Positions 21,028 to 30,835 of a stretch of DNA of 64,000 bases are shown one piece after another; the stretch's first letter is position 1, and every line of letters starts with the position of its first letter. The stretch lies in the NCBI GenBank assembly GCA_045105615.1, contig JBGCDS010000030.1, forward strand, positions 16,498 through 80,497. Reading direction: 5' to 3'. The notes below the pieces were generated by a model that was given only the letters and a program-made list of their open reading frames with translations, ran no database searches and had not been told where the DNA came from. Position numbers and translations under genes: made by a program. Source of the stretch: Gammaproteobacteria bacterium. Lineage in GTDB: Bacteria > Pseudomonadota > Gammaproteobacteria > UBA4575.

Positions 21028-21127
21028 AAATCAGTACCAGCGCCTTAAATTATAGGATGTTTGGTCGTTACTGATGATTTAATACGAGTATTATTTAAAT
21101 ACTGACTATAAACATTAAAGTAGTGGT

Positions 21128-21346
21128 ATGGAATACTTTGGTAAAAACACATTAGAACAGATTATCTTAGACTTTTTAGATCGTCAAAAAGAAAATAGAA
21201 ATCTGAGTACCCAGGAATTGATAGGCAAGGTCAATAAAGTTGTCGAGTACTACAGAGAGTCGTTAATGTATGAGTTTGACGAGTCTGAATACCCGAGTAC
21301 TTTGGAGATGATGCGCGAAGACGTAGTTCCTGAAACTAAAGAATAG
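21128..21346 (+). CDS. Hypothetical small acidic protein (72 aa)
   Basis: ORF only, with no recognisable motif and a weak RBS. Its stop abuts the stop of the convergent ureG with zero spacing. Confidence 0.3.
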   Translation: MEYFGKNTLEQIILDFLDRQKENRNLSTQELIGKVNKVVEYYRESLMYEFDESEYPSTLEMMREDVVPETKE

Positions 21347-21958
21347 TTAGATCATTCCGTGTTTTTTGATGAAGGAAATAACTTCATCAAGCCCTTTCTC
21401 TTCTTTTAAATTTGTAAATAAGAAGGGTTTATCATTTCTCATTTTTTTAGCATCTCGATCCATGACTTCCAATGAAGCGCCTACCATTGGTGCCAGATCG
21501 ATTTTATTTATAATTAATAAATCAGACTTAGTGATTCCTGGACCACCTTTGCGAGGAATCTTTTCCCCGGCTGCAACGTCTATTACATAGATGGTTAGAT
21601 CAGACAATTCGGGGCTAAATGTTGCGCTTAAGTTATCACCGCCACTTTCAATAAATACAAAATCTAAATTACCAAAAGTGTCACACAGGCTTTCTACAGC
21701 TGACAGATTCATAGAGGCATCCTCGCGTATTGCGGTATGTGGGCAACCGCCTGTTTCAACGCCAACGATTCTATCTTTTTCTAATGCTTCATGTCGGATT
21801 AAGAAATCTGCATCTTCGCGTGTGTATATATCATTAGTGACTGCAGCTATTTGATAGTCGTCACGCATATGCATGCATAATAATCTTAATAGGGCAGTTT
21901 TACCCGAGCCGACAGGGCCGCCGACACCAATTCTTAATACTTGTTTATTTATAGTCAT
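21347..21958 (-). CDS. ureG: Urease accessory GTPase UreG
   Basis: P-loop [23 protein letters not shown]. Confidence 0.96.
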   Translation of the reverse strand: MTINKQVLRIGVGGPVGSGKTALLRLLCMHMRDDYQIAAVTNDIYTREDADFLIRHEALEKDRIVGVETGGCPHTAIREDASMNLSAVESLCDTFGNLDFVFIESGGDNLSATFSPELSDLTIYVIDVAAGEKIPRKGGPGITKSDLLIINKIDLAPMVGASLEVMDRDAKKMRNDKPFLFTNLKEEKGLDEVISFIKKHGMI

Positions 21959-21972
21959 ATTTATTTAGTTGA

Positions 21973-22641
21973 TTATGAGCGAAAAAGTCGTGTGTACTGC
22001 TGTTCATGTTGCATGCTAGCCATTACTGCACCAGGGCATGTTGCACCGATATGTTCTTCTTCTACGTCTAATCCACAGCTGACACTGTCATCAATACTGT
22101 GCATTAAATTAGATAGAATTAATTGTCCGCTGGTTTGACCAAGTGGAATGAGTTTTACGCCAATACTTACTTGGTTTTCACACCAGCTCCATATTAGACC
22201 CTGCGTAGCAGTCGACTTTTCAATTTCCCACTTAGCACAGGCTAAGCTGAATGTTGTTAATAATGAGCATGGGTGCTTTTTCCAATAGGCTGACTCATAT
22301 ATACCCAGATCGAGTAGCAATCTTGCTAATGCACCGCCCATTTGTGTATCTTCTAACAACAGTTCACTGGTTTCACGTGATGCTAATACATAGTCATTCC
22401 AGTACCGGATAGCTTTATTGTTTTTTTCTTGGTGTGCATCATAGAGGCGAGAAAATATTGGTATATCTAAATACTTTAAACTGTTTTCTAGTAATCCCTG
22501 TATCCATTTTTTTAAGCTTTCTTCATCAGTAACATATTCATTATGACAGGCTGTTTCTAAACCCTGTGAATATGCATAACTTCCTATAGGCAAAGTAGGG
22601 CTGCAAATTCTCAGTAGTTGTAGCAATGAAAGTTTATTCAT
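21973..22641 (-). CDS. ureF: Urease accessory protein UreF
   Basis: LLQLLRICSPTLPIGSYAYSQGLE is the typical UreF N-terminus. ATG 22641 (MNKLSLLQ) is chosen. The track start 22707 would run 74 nt into ureE. Confidence 0.9.
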   Translation of the reverse strand: MNKLSLLQLLRICSPTLPIGSYAYSQGLETACHNEYVTDEESLKKWIQGLLENSLKYLDIPIFSRLYDAHQEKNNKAIRYWNDYVLASRETSELLLEDTQMGGALARLLLDLGIYESAYWKKHPCSLLTTFSLACAKWEIEKSTATQGLIWSWCENQVSIGVKLIPLGQTSGQLILSNLMHSIDDSVSCGLDVEEEHIGATCPGAVMASMQHEQQYTRLFRS

Positions 22642-23098
22642 GATGATCATGAGAATGTGAATGACTATGCCCATGCCCCTGTGAATATGCACCTGATTCA
22701 GGTTCAAAGGGGGCTGATTCTTTACTTATACTAAGATTTAAGTGTTCTAGCATTTCATTCAACACATGATCGTAATGAAACCTTAAGTATGTTGGTTTGA
22801 CTTCTAGTGGCACATGGCGATTACCTAAGTGATAGCTGGCACGCATTAAAAGCAAGGGGTCGTTAGAAGTAGCAGTGCTTACTTCTTCGTCGGCAGATAC
22901 GATCTCAATGATTTCGCCGGATTCTGCTTGTAATTTATCGCCGCCACGTAAAACTATTCCACGAGGTATGAATAAACCTGCTTCTTCACCACTATCCAGT
23001 TGAGTGTGCAGTCTTGCTTTCTGTCTGGATTCGAAGGGTAAGGTTAATGTGTAACTAGCATCGACTTTAGTGTCGATTTTACTGGTAAGTTTAATCAC
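22634..23098 (-). CDS. ureE: Urease metallochaperone UreE
   Basis: 154 aa. UreE fold region LGNRHVPLE. His-rich tail HGHSHSHSHDHHE. Confidence 0.92.
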   Translation of the reverse strand: MIKLTSKIDTKVDASYTLTLPFESRQKARLHTQLDSGEEAGLFIPRGIVLRGGDKLQAESGEIIEIVSADEEVSTATSNDPLLLMRASYHLGNRHVPLEVKPTYLRFHYDHVLNEMLEHLNLSISKESAPFEPESGAYSQGHGHSHSHSHDHHE

Positions 23099-23115
23099 TT
23101 AAATTATGTCCGTGA

Positions 23116-24819
23116 CTAAAAGAGAAAATATCTCTGTGCCAGCGCGACAACTTCCGCAGGTTCACAAGTAAGTAACTTACCATCGGCACGTACTTCGTAT
23201 GTTTGTGGGTCTACTTCAACGTTGGGCTGATAGCTGTTATTGATCATGTCGCATTTCCTAATTTTTCTAGTATTGTTTACAGCTATACATTGTTTGTGCA
23301 GAGAAAGTTGTTTTGCAATATCATTATCAATTGCTGCCTGTGATACAAAAGTATAGCTAGTTTTATAGTTCGCACTAGCATAAGCGCCAAACATGTAGCG
23401 ATAGTGGACTGGTTGTGGCGTAGGAATAGATGCATTTGGGTCACCCATGGGTGCTGCTGCAATAAAGCCTCCTTTAATGATTAGCGCAGGTTTAACGCCA
23501 AAAAATGCAGGTTTCCATAGTACTAAGTCTGCAAGTTTACCAACTTCGATCGAACCGACCTCATGTGAGATTCCATGGGTTATTGCCGGATTAATTGTGT
23601 ATTTTGCAATGTAGCGTTTTGCACGATTGTTATCATTCTCAGAACTATCTTCTTCTAGTGGCCCGCGTTGTTTTTTCATCTTGTCAGCAGTTTGCCAGGT
23701 GCGACAAACAACCTCACCTACACGGCCCATCGCTTGAGAATCTGATGCAATCATGCTGAATGCGCCTAAATCATGAAATATATCTTCTGCAGCAATAGTT
23801 TCTTTGCGGATTCTTGATTCTGCAAATGCGACATCCTCAGGAATTTTTGTATCAAGATGATGACATACCATCAACATATCCAAATGTTCATCAATTGTGT
23901 TAACGGTATAGGGGCGAGTCGGGTTAGTGCTTGAAGGTAATACATTAGCTTCTCCGCACGCACGAATAATATCTGGCGCATGACCGCCACCAGCACCTTC
24001 AGTGTGATATGTATGGATGGCACGTCCTTTAAATGCAGCAATAGTATCTTCGACAAATCCAGATTCATTGAGTGTATCGGTATGAATTGCCACTTGAATG
24101 TCATACTTTTCTGCTACGTTTAGACAGTTGTCGATTGAAGCGGGCGTAGTTCCCCAATCTTCGTGCAACTTGAGTCCCATTGCACCTGCGATAACCTGTT
24201 CTTCTAATGCTGCAGGTAAACTCGCATTACCTTTGCCTAGGAAGCCTAGATTCATCGGAAAAGCATCGGCCGCTTCCAGCATTTTGTGTATATTCCACGG
24301 TCCTGGAGTGCAGGTGGTTGCATTGGTTCCTGTTGCGGGACCTGTGCCTCCACCTAACATGGTTGTTACGCCAGACATTAATGCTTCTTCAATTTGTTGC
24401 GGACAAATAAAGTGTATGTGAGCATCAATACCACCTGCAGTAATGATTTGACCTTCACCTGCAATGGCTTCTGTACCTGGGCCTATCGCAATATTTACAT
24501 TGGGTTGTATGTCAGGGTTGCCGGCTTTACCGATGCCGAAAATTCTTCCGTCTTTAATTCCAATGTCTGCCTTAACAATGCCCCAATGATCTAATATTAA
24601 TGCATTAGTGATGACAGTATCGACAACGTCTTTCGAACATAACTGGCTTTGACCCATGCCGTCACGAATTACTTTGCCGCCACCAAATTTTACTTCTTCA
24701 CCATAGGTTGTATGATCTTTTTCAACTTCTATAAATAGATCGGTATCACCTAAGCGGACTTTATCGCCAATGGTTGGGCCGAACATTTCTGCATAGGCTT
24801 GTCTGCTAATTTTGGCCAT
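23116..24819 (-). CDS. ureC: Urease alpha subunit UreC
   Basis: 567 aa. [31 protein letters not shown]. Confidence 0.98.
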   Translation of the reverse strand: MAKISRQAYAEMFGPTIGDKVRLGDTDLFIEVEKDHTTYGEEVKFGGGKVIRDGMGQSQLCSKDVVDTVITNALILDHWGIVKADIGIKDGRIFGIGKAGNPDIQPNVNIAIGPGTEAIAGEGQIITAGGIDAHIHFICPQQIEEALMSGVTTMLGGGTGPATGTNATTCTPGPWNIHKMLEAADAFPMNLGFLGKGNASLPAALEEQVIAGAMGLKLHEDWGTTPASIDNCLNVAEKYDIQVAIHTDTLNESGFVEDTIAAFKGRAIHTYHTEGAGGGHAPDIIRACGEANVLPSSTNPTRPYTVNTIDEHLDMLMVCHHLDTKIPEDVAFAESRIRKETIAAEDIFHDLGAFSMIASDSQAMGRVGEVVCRTWQTADKMKKQRGPLEEDSSENDNNRAKRYIAKYTINPAITHGISHEVGSIEVGKLADLVLWKPAFFGVKPALIIKGGFIAAAPMGDPNASIPTPQPVHYRYMFGAYASANYKTSYTFVSQAAIDNDIAKQLSLHKQCIAVNNTRKIRKCDMINNSYQPNVEVDPQTYEVRADGKLLTCEPAEVVALAQRYFLF

Positions 24820-24823
24820 AGTT

Positions 24824-25132
24824 TTATTTCACCTTTCCCATTACTTTGGCGTTGAATCCGTAAATTATTTTACTGCCGTCAATTTCGACTAATTCAATAG
24901 TTCTTTCTTGGCCTGGTTCAAACCGTACTGCAGTCCCTGCGGCAATATCTAAGCGCATACCTAAAGTACTTTCTCGGTCAAAAATTAATGCGCTATTAGT
25001 TTCGTAAAAGTGGTAATGAGAGCCGACTTGTATTGGGCGATCACCTGTATTAGCGACTGTAATATTTAATTTTTTACGACCTTGATTGAGTTCAATGTCA
25101 CCCGATTGTGCAATTAGTTCGCCAGGTATCAT
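24824..25132 (-). CDS. ureB: Urease beta subunit UreB
   Basis: 102 aa. MIPGE N-terminus, [15 protein letters not shown]. Confidence 0.97.
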   Translation of the reverse strand: MIPGELIAQSGDIELNQGRKKLNITVANTGDRPIQVGSHYHFYETNSALIFDRESTLGMRLDIAAGTAVRFEPGQERTIELVEIDGSKIIYGFNAKVMGKVK

Positions 25133-25149
25133 GTGTATATTCCTATGAT

Positions 25150-25452
25150 TTAAGTAATAGGGTTGTGTACGGTAACAAGCTTGGTGCCGTCTGGAAATGT
25201 TGCTTCAACTTGAACATCATGAACCATTTCAGCAATGCCATCCATGACGTCATCCTGTGTTAATAGGTGTCTACCTTCTTCCATTAATTCTGCTACTCGC
25301 TTTCCTTCTCTTGCGCCTTCTAATATCGCACAAGATATATAAGCGATAGTCTCTGGATAGTTTAATTTAATACCTTTGTCTTTACGTCGCTCAGCAAGTA
25401 GGCCAGCAGTAAATAAAAGCAATTTATCTTTTTCTCGTGGTGATAATTCCAT
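25150..25452 (-). CDS. ureA: Urease gamma subunit UreA
   Basis: 100 aa. [23 protein letters not shown]. Confidence 0.97.
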   Translation of the reverse strand: MELSPREKDKLLLFTAGLLAERRKDKGIKLNYPETIAYISCAILEGAREGKRVAELMEEGRHLLTQDDVMDGIAEMVHDVQVEATFPDGTKLVTVHNPIT

Positions 25453-25470
25453 GCCTGTTCCTATGTAAAA

Positions 25471-26322
25471 TTAAGTATGCCAAATTCTAGGAGTACTTGA
25501 CTCTAGCTGGAGAATTTGAGGTCGTAGTAGTTCCCATAAAGCTGCAAAAAAGTCTTTTATTTTCTCTGCGTAGGCGCTCATTGCTCGTACAATAAATAAA
25601 CCATTCAGTGATGTACAGGAGTTGCTTAGTTCTTTGAACCGTTGAGCGACTTCATTAATGGCTTCTACCTTAATAAGTGCATCACTGTCGCTAGTGACAA
25701 AAGTACCCACTGACTTATGGCCTTGAAGCCCCCAACTAGCATCAAGAAGGTCATCGCCGCCAATGAGGCGATTAGTTTCTAATAGTACGGGTCTTTTATC
25801 TCGCCAAATTTCTAACTTTTGTCTGCATTGGCCTGAAATAAAGTATTCTTTTTGTGCGGGTAAACCTAAACATTGAATTTCCCAAGCAAAAAAACGATTA
25901 GTTTTATTTAGATTGATTCTAGTCGTTGATGCTGCGTTTGTGTCATTGAAATAAACTGTTTCTTGAGGGAGCCATTCTAATATAGCATTCTCTTCTAGAT
26001 TGATTGTCTGGTTTTGGCATGCTTGTATACCAGTGCTGCGATAAAACTTAGTCGCGGCAGGAGTCGTAATTAAGGCATGCGAATTTTCATTAAGTTGCGC
26101 ACTAAGGTTAAGTGAGTCTCCGCCAACAATGCCGCCAGGTGGGTGGATTAAGTAAATATGACAACAGCCATTTGATTCCGGATAAAATGGTTTTTGAACC
26201 ATTAGTGGGCCAGAGTGTTTTTTGCTGGTAAGAATAGTTTTGTTATTTCTTTGTGTAAATGATAAATCCAGTGTTGCTTCCCAGCTTGCTTGCTTTGATG
26301 ACGGTGATGCAGAGGCAGCCAT
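25471..26322 (-). CDS. ureD: Urease accessory protein UreD
   Basis: 283 aa. UreD/UreH-like HPPGGIVGGD. Position at the head of ureABC. Confidence 0.9.
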   Translation of the reverse strand: MAASASPSSKQASWEATLDLSFTQRNNKTILTSKKHSGPLMVQKPFYPESNGCCHIYLIHPPGGIVGGDSLNLSAQLNENSHALITTPAATKFYRSTGIQACQNQTINLEENAILEWLPQETVYFNDTNAASTTRINLNKTNRFFAWEIQCLGLPAQKEYFISGQCRQKLEIWRDKRPVLLETNRLIGGDDLLDASWGLQGHKSVGTFVTSDSDALIKVEAINEVAQRFKELSNSCTSLNGLFIVRAMSAYAEKIKDFFAALWELLRPQILQLESSTPRIWHT

Positions 26323-26331
26323 TATCTAATT

Positions 26332-26502
26332 CTACTTTTTTATGTAATGGTAAATTATGCCACCAATTACAAACAATGCTAAAAAATACTCGATGCCTGA
26401 ATGGCTATGAAATATAGTTGTGTGTCCAGAATGTGAAAATGCTGGGGCAGCAAAAAACAAGAGAATTAAAGATAGGAAAATGCTGGCTAATCTAAAGTGC
26501 AT
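26332..26502 (-). CDS. Unlisted 56-aa His-rich small membrane protein between urtE and ureD
   Basis: My own translation is MHFRLASIFLSLILLFFAAPAFSHSGHTTIFHSHSGIEYFLALFVIGGIIYHYIKK. AGGAG lies 7 nt upstream of the ATG. The stop is 9 nt before the ureD ATG and the start is 21 nt after the urtE stop. Signal peptide, His cluster and one TM helix. Confidence 0.55.
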   Translation of the reverse strand: MHFRLASIFLSLILLFFAAPAFSHSGHTTIFHSHSGIEYFLALFVIGGIIYHYIKK

Positions 26503-26523
26503 AATTTTCTCCTAGGTGCTTTT

Positions 26524-27222
26524 TTACACCTTCAAATATTTATCGATTAAGTGATCATCTAGCTCATCCATTGAGCCCTGGGCAACATCGCGACCTTTTT
26601 CTAATATACAGAAATTGGATGCAACTCGTCTCGCGAATGGTAATTTCTGTTCAACTAATAATACCGTGAGTCCAAGCTCCTGGTTTAACTTTTTTATAAT
26701 GTCGCCTATTTCACGCACTATATTGGGTTGTATGCCCTCAGTTGGTTCATCAAGTATTAATAATTCAGGCTCTATGGCTAATGCGCGACCAAGTGCGAGT
26801 TGTTGCTGTTGCCCACCGGATAAATCTCCACCTCTACGGTGTAACATTTCTTTCAATACAGGGAATAATTCGAAAATAATCGGTGGTAGTTGCTTAGATT
26901 TGTTGGCGACTAGGCCTGTGTTTAGATTATCTTCAACGCTGAGCTGAGAAAATATTTCTCTGCCCTGTGGGACATAGCCTATTTTATGGATAGCGCGTTT
27001 CTCGGCATTTAACTTAGCAATGTCTTTGCCTTTGAAGTTAATAGAGCCATCAGTGGTAGATTCTAGCCCCATAATACATTTGAGTAGGGTGGTTTTGCCA
27101 ACGCCATTGCGACCCATTAAGCAGGTGACGCTACCTTCTGGTACATCTAGCGAAAGATCCCACAATGTATGGCTTTCTCGATAATATTGGTTGATTGAAG
27201 AAACTTTTAACATATTAATCAC
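26524..27222 (-). CDS. urtE: Urea ABC transporter ATP-binding protein UrtE
   Basis: Walker A GRNGVGKTT, signature LSGGQQQ. Last gene of a branched-chain-type ABC set next to urease genes. Confidence 0.9.
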   Translation of the reverse strand: MINMLKVSSINQYYRESHTLWDLSLDVPEGSVTCLMGRNGVGKTTLLKCIMGLESTTDGSINFKGKDIAKLNAEKRAIHKIGYVPQGREIFSQLSVEDNLNTGLVANKSKQLPPIIFELFPVLKEMLHRRGGDLSGGQQQQLALGRALAIEPELLILDEPTEGIQPNIVREIGDIIKKLNQELGLTVLLVEQKLPFARRVASNFCILEKGRDVAQGSMDELDDHLIDKYLKV

Positions 27223-27961
27223 CTAAATATACTTCAATCACTTTACGGTCATTTTGGATTTTATCCATAGTGCCTTCTGCGAGTACTGATCCTTGATGTA
27301 ACACGGTAACTCGTTTTGCAATGGATCTAACGAATTCCATATCATGTTCAACGACGACAACAGAATGTCGTTTTGCCAATGATGTTAGCAATTCTGCGGT
27401 GCGCTCAGATTCCTGATGAGTCATTCCCGCAACAGGTTCGTCGACTAGTAGGACTTGAGGATTTTGAGTAATTAACATACCAATTTCTAGCCACTGTTTT
27501 TGTCCGTGCGATAACTCACCGGCCATTCTATATTTCTCAGCTTGAAGCCCTATAGTCTCAAGTGAATAATCAATTTTATTACGTTGATCTTCATTAAGCT
27601 TGTAAAAAAGATTACTTAAAATGTCGCGATGACCTTCTAGAGCAAGCTGTAAATTATCAAACACGCTGTGATTCTCGAATACAGTAGGTTTTTGAAATTT
27701 ACGACCAATACCTAAGTTGGCAATTTCAGCTTCATCTTTAGTAGTTAAATCGACATGGTCTCCAAAATAGACTTCGCCTTCATCAGGTTTGGTTTTACCG
27801 GTAATGATATCCATCATGGTTGTCTTGCCGGCACCATTTGGGCCAATAATGCAGCGTAATTCATTCTTATCTATGTAAAGACTTAATTCATTGATCGCTT
27901 TGAATCCATCAAAACTAACAGAAACATTATTCAAATATAGTATAGATTCATTTTTTTCCAT
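27215..27961 (-). CDS. urtD: Urea ABC transporter ATP-binding protein UrtD
   Basis: Walker A GPNGAGKTT, signature LSHGQKQ, Walker B LLVDEP. Confidence 0.9.
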   Translation of the reverse strand: MEKNESILYLNNVSVSFDGFKAINELSLYIDKNELRCIIGPNGAGKTTMMDIITGKTKPDEGEVYFGDHVDLTTKDEAEIANLGIGRKFQKPTVFENHSVFDNLQLALEGHRDILSNLFYKLNEDQRNKIDYSLETIGLQAEKYRMAGELSHGQKQWLEIGMLITQNPQVLLVDEPVAGMTHQESERTAELLTSLAKRHSVVVVEHDMEFVRSIAKRVTVLHQGSVLAEGTMDKIQNDRKVIEVYLGD

Positions 27962-29106
27962 TATGATTTCTCTATATTTGCTTGAGATTGCTTAATCGAT
28001 TTGTTTTTAGACTTACGCATGCTTATTTGGTTATAAAGGCCAACTAAACCTTTAGGCATAAATACAGTCACGAATACAAACATGCTGCCTAAGATAAATA
28101 GCCAAGCCTCAGGTGCCCATGCGGTAAAGAATGTTTTTGCATAATTAACAACAAATGCACCTAGTACTGCTCCATATAAAGTACCTCGACCACCAATGGC
28201 CACCCAAATTACAAGCTCAATTGAGCGTAAAGGGGCAAACTCACTTGGATTAATGATGCCGACTTGTGGAACATATAATGCACCAGCAATGCCAGCTAAT
28301 AATGCAGAAATTACGAAGATAAATAATTTAATATGTTCATCTCGATAACCCATGAATCGCACACGGCTTTCTGAATCTCGAATGGCCATGACTAAACTTC
28401 CAAGACGCGATTGCGCAATGTATTTGCATAACGCATAACCGGATAGTAATGCGATGGCAGATGCAAAAAATAATGCACATCGTGTGGTGTTATCTTGCAG
28501 GTTGAAGCCTAATATTTCTTTAAAGTCGGTTAATCCGTTGTTACCACCAAAACCAAAGTCATTCTGGAAGAAAGTTAACATTAAGGCGTAGGTCATTGCT
28601 TGCGTCATAATAGATAAGTACACGCCAGTCACGCGCGAGCGAAACGCTAACCAGCCAAATACAAATGCAAGTATCCCTGGAGCGACAAGCATCATTAATA
28701 ATGCCATTGAGAAGTGATCAAAACCAAGCCAATACCAAGGTAGTGATTCCCAATTTAAAAATACCATGAAGTCTGGTAGTAATGGATTGCCGTAGACGCC
28801 GCGATCACCAATTTGTCGCATTAAATACATTCCCATGGCGTATCCACCTAGGGCGAAAAAAGCACCATGGCCTAAACTAAGTATGCCTAAGTAACCCCAA
28901 ACTAAATCAACTGATAGGGCTAATAATGCATAACATAAATATTTACCTAACAAAGTGACAGTATAAGTTGAGATATGTAAAACAGAATCTACCGGTGTAA
29001 GTAAGTTAAGGGCAGGAATAACGATGGCAGAAAAAATCACCACGACTGTGAGAATTTTACTGCCCGTGTCTGACAGTAGTAACCGTTGTATGAGAGATTT
29101 TTCCAT
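27961..29106 (-). CDS. urtC: Urea ABC transporter permease UrtC
   Basis: 381-aa LivM-type polytopic permease in urt order. Confidence 0.88.
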   Translation of the reverse strand: MEKSLIQRLLLSDTGSKILTVVVIFSAIVIPALNLLTPVDSVLHISTYTVTLLGKYLCYALLALSVDLVWGYLGILSLGHGAFFALGGYAMGMYLMRQIGDRGVYGNPLLPDFMVFLNWESLPWYWLGFDHFSMALLMMLVAPGILAFVFGWLAFRSRVTGVYLSIMTQAMTYALMLTFFQNDFGFGGNNGLTDFKEILGFNLQDNTTRCALFFASAIALLSGYALCKYIAQSRLGSLVMAIRDSESRVRFMGYRDEHIKLFIFVISALLAGIAGALYVPQVGIINPSEFAPLRSIELVIWVAIGGRGTLYGAVLGAFVVNYAKTFFTAWAPEAWLFILGSMFVFVTVFMPKGLVGLYNQISMRKSKNKSIKQSQANIEKS

Positions 29107-29110
29107 AGTA

Positions 29111-30781
29111 TTAGTTGTCTACTGATCGACCCTTCAAAGCAAACATGCCTCGAGGTCTTTTTTGGATGAATAAAATAATTAATACCAGCACAATTATTTT
29201 TGCTAACACAGCACCGGTGACTGGCTCGAGATATTTATTAGCAATACCTAAAGTCATTGCACCAAATAATGTGCCCCATAAATTTCCCACACCGCCAAAC
29301 ACAACAACCATGAATGAATCAATGATATAGGCTTGACCTAAGTTAGGCCCCACGTTAGTTAGCTGGCTAAGTGCAACACCAGCAATCCCTGCAATACCTG
29401 AGCCTAAACCAAAAGTGAATGCGTCTACCCAGTCTGTTCTTATGCCCATAGCCTTTGCCATTGAACGATTTTGAGTAACAGCTCTGACCTGCAAGCCAAA
29501 TTTAGATTTGTTGAGTAGCAGCATTAGCCCAACAAGTACAAGTAAGGCAAATATAATGATGTAGAGACGATTGTAGGTAAGGGATAAGGCTGGGTTAATT
29601 TCAAGTGAGCCACTCATCCAATCTGGAGTAGAGACCGCACGATTTTGTGGCGAAATAAGTGTGCGTACTGCCTGCTGTAAAATTAAGCTAATACCAAAAG
29701 TTGCCAATAAGGTTTCTAGTGGACGTCCATAGAGAAATCTTATAACACCACGTTCTATACCAATACCAACAAGCCCTGTGAATACAAAGGCAGTGGGTAT
29801 AGAGATAAGGATGGAATATTCAATATGATTGGGGAGTAATAGTTGCACTATGTAAGTGGTGTAAGCACCTAGCATTAGCATTTCACCGTGTGCCATGTTG
29901 ATCACGCCCATGACGCCAAAGGTGATTGCTAAACCTACAGCAATGAGCAGTAAGACAGATCCTAAACTAACACCAAAAAATATATTTTCTACTTGTTTAT
30001 ATATGCCAACGCTGGATTCAATTTTTCTCAATGAGGTGTGAATTTCATGGGTAAGTTCTTGAGATTTTGTTGTTTGTGTTTTATTAGAAAGGCTTTTTTC
30101 TAGTTCTTTTAATGCAACGCGTACTTCAGGGTAAAGCGAATCTGATAACGCCTTTATTGAGTCAAGTTTTTTCTCATGTATGGGAGAGTTTAATTGATTG
30201 ATTGATATGGCTGTTTGTAATGCACTGATCACGTTTTTGTTTTTTTCTACAGTGAGTCGTTGTTTTAATATGGAGGAAGTTTCATCATCCATATTTTTGA
30301 ACATCTCTACTGCGGCAGATTTCCTAACTTTTGCATCTTTATCAGCTAAACTCAATTGAGCGATAGACGAGTTTAAGGTGCGTCTTAGTTTGTTATTGAT
30401 GCCTACTTTTTTGAGCTTTTTCTTAGTTGTTTCGCTTAGCAATTTACCAGTGCTAGCATTAATAATGCTGGCTTTTTTATTTTGAATATCAGCGATGACG
30501 ATTAATTTATCATCTTTTCTATAATAAACTTTTCCATCTAATAGCTTAGACAAAACGGTTAGGGATCGTGGGTGTTCTGATTGCTGTATTTTTTTGATAA
30601 TGACAGCTTTTTCATCAAACTTTTTAGTCGTCAGGCTGGCGACTAATTGAGAAAAGTTTAATGGTGTGTCATTAGTATCAATTTCTTCTGCAAGAGAAAA
30701 TCCTGCTAGCAGAGAGGAAAATAATAAGATAAATATTAATTTTGACAGCATTTTAATTATTATTATGAAAGGGCGTTCCAT
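29111..30781 (-). CDS. urtB: Urea ABC transporter permease UrtB with about 250-aa N-terminal extension
   Basis: The C-terminal 300 aa or so form a LivH-type permease. The N-terminal half has a signal/TM segment followed by a helical repeat-like soluble region. The start is uncertain (30781 or ATG 30751, MLSKLIF...). Confidence 0.85.
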   Translation of the reverse strand: MERPFIIIIKMLSKLIFILLFSSLLAGFSLAEEIDTNDTPLNFSQLVASLTTKKFDEKAVIIKKIQQSEHPRSLTVLSKLLDGKVYYRKDDKLIVIADIQNKKASIINASTGKLLSETTKKKLKKVGINNKLRRTLNSSIAQLSLADKDAKVRKSAAVEMFKNMDDETSSILKQRLTVEKNKNVISALQTAISINQLNSPIHEKKLDSIKALSDSLYPEVRVALKELEKSLSNKTQTTKSQELTHEIHTSLRKIESSVGIYKQVENIFFGVSLGSVLLLIAVGLAITFGVMGVINMAHGEMLMLGAYTTYIVQLLLPNHIEYSILISIPTAFVFTGLVGIGIERGVIRFLYGRPLETLLATFGISLILQQAVRTLISPQNRAVSTPDWMSGSLEINPALSLTYNRLYIIIFALLVLVGLMLLLNKSKFGLQVRAVTQNRSMAKAMGIRTDWVDAFTFGLGSGIAGIAGVALSQLTNVGPNLGQAYIIDSFMVVVFGGVGNLWGTLFGAMTLGIANKYLEPVTGAVLAKIIVLVLIILFIQKRPRGMFALKGRSVDN

Positions 30782-30835
30782 TATTAGAACGCCCGATTTG
30801 TAACGAGAGTGTTTAGTTACCTAACCATCTATAGG

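Noticed and set aside
23871-24594. Several 60-110-aa ORFs overlapping ureC on both strands (23871-24104, 24098-24421, 24207-24410, 24394-24594). Similar shadow ORFs lie inside flhA, flhF, prc, the SPFH gene, urtA, urtB, traB and the VWA gene.
   Set aside because: Each lies entirely within a long, motif-rich gene in another frame or strand. They have skewed, unrealistic compositions and are classic shadow ORFs.
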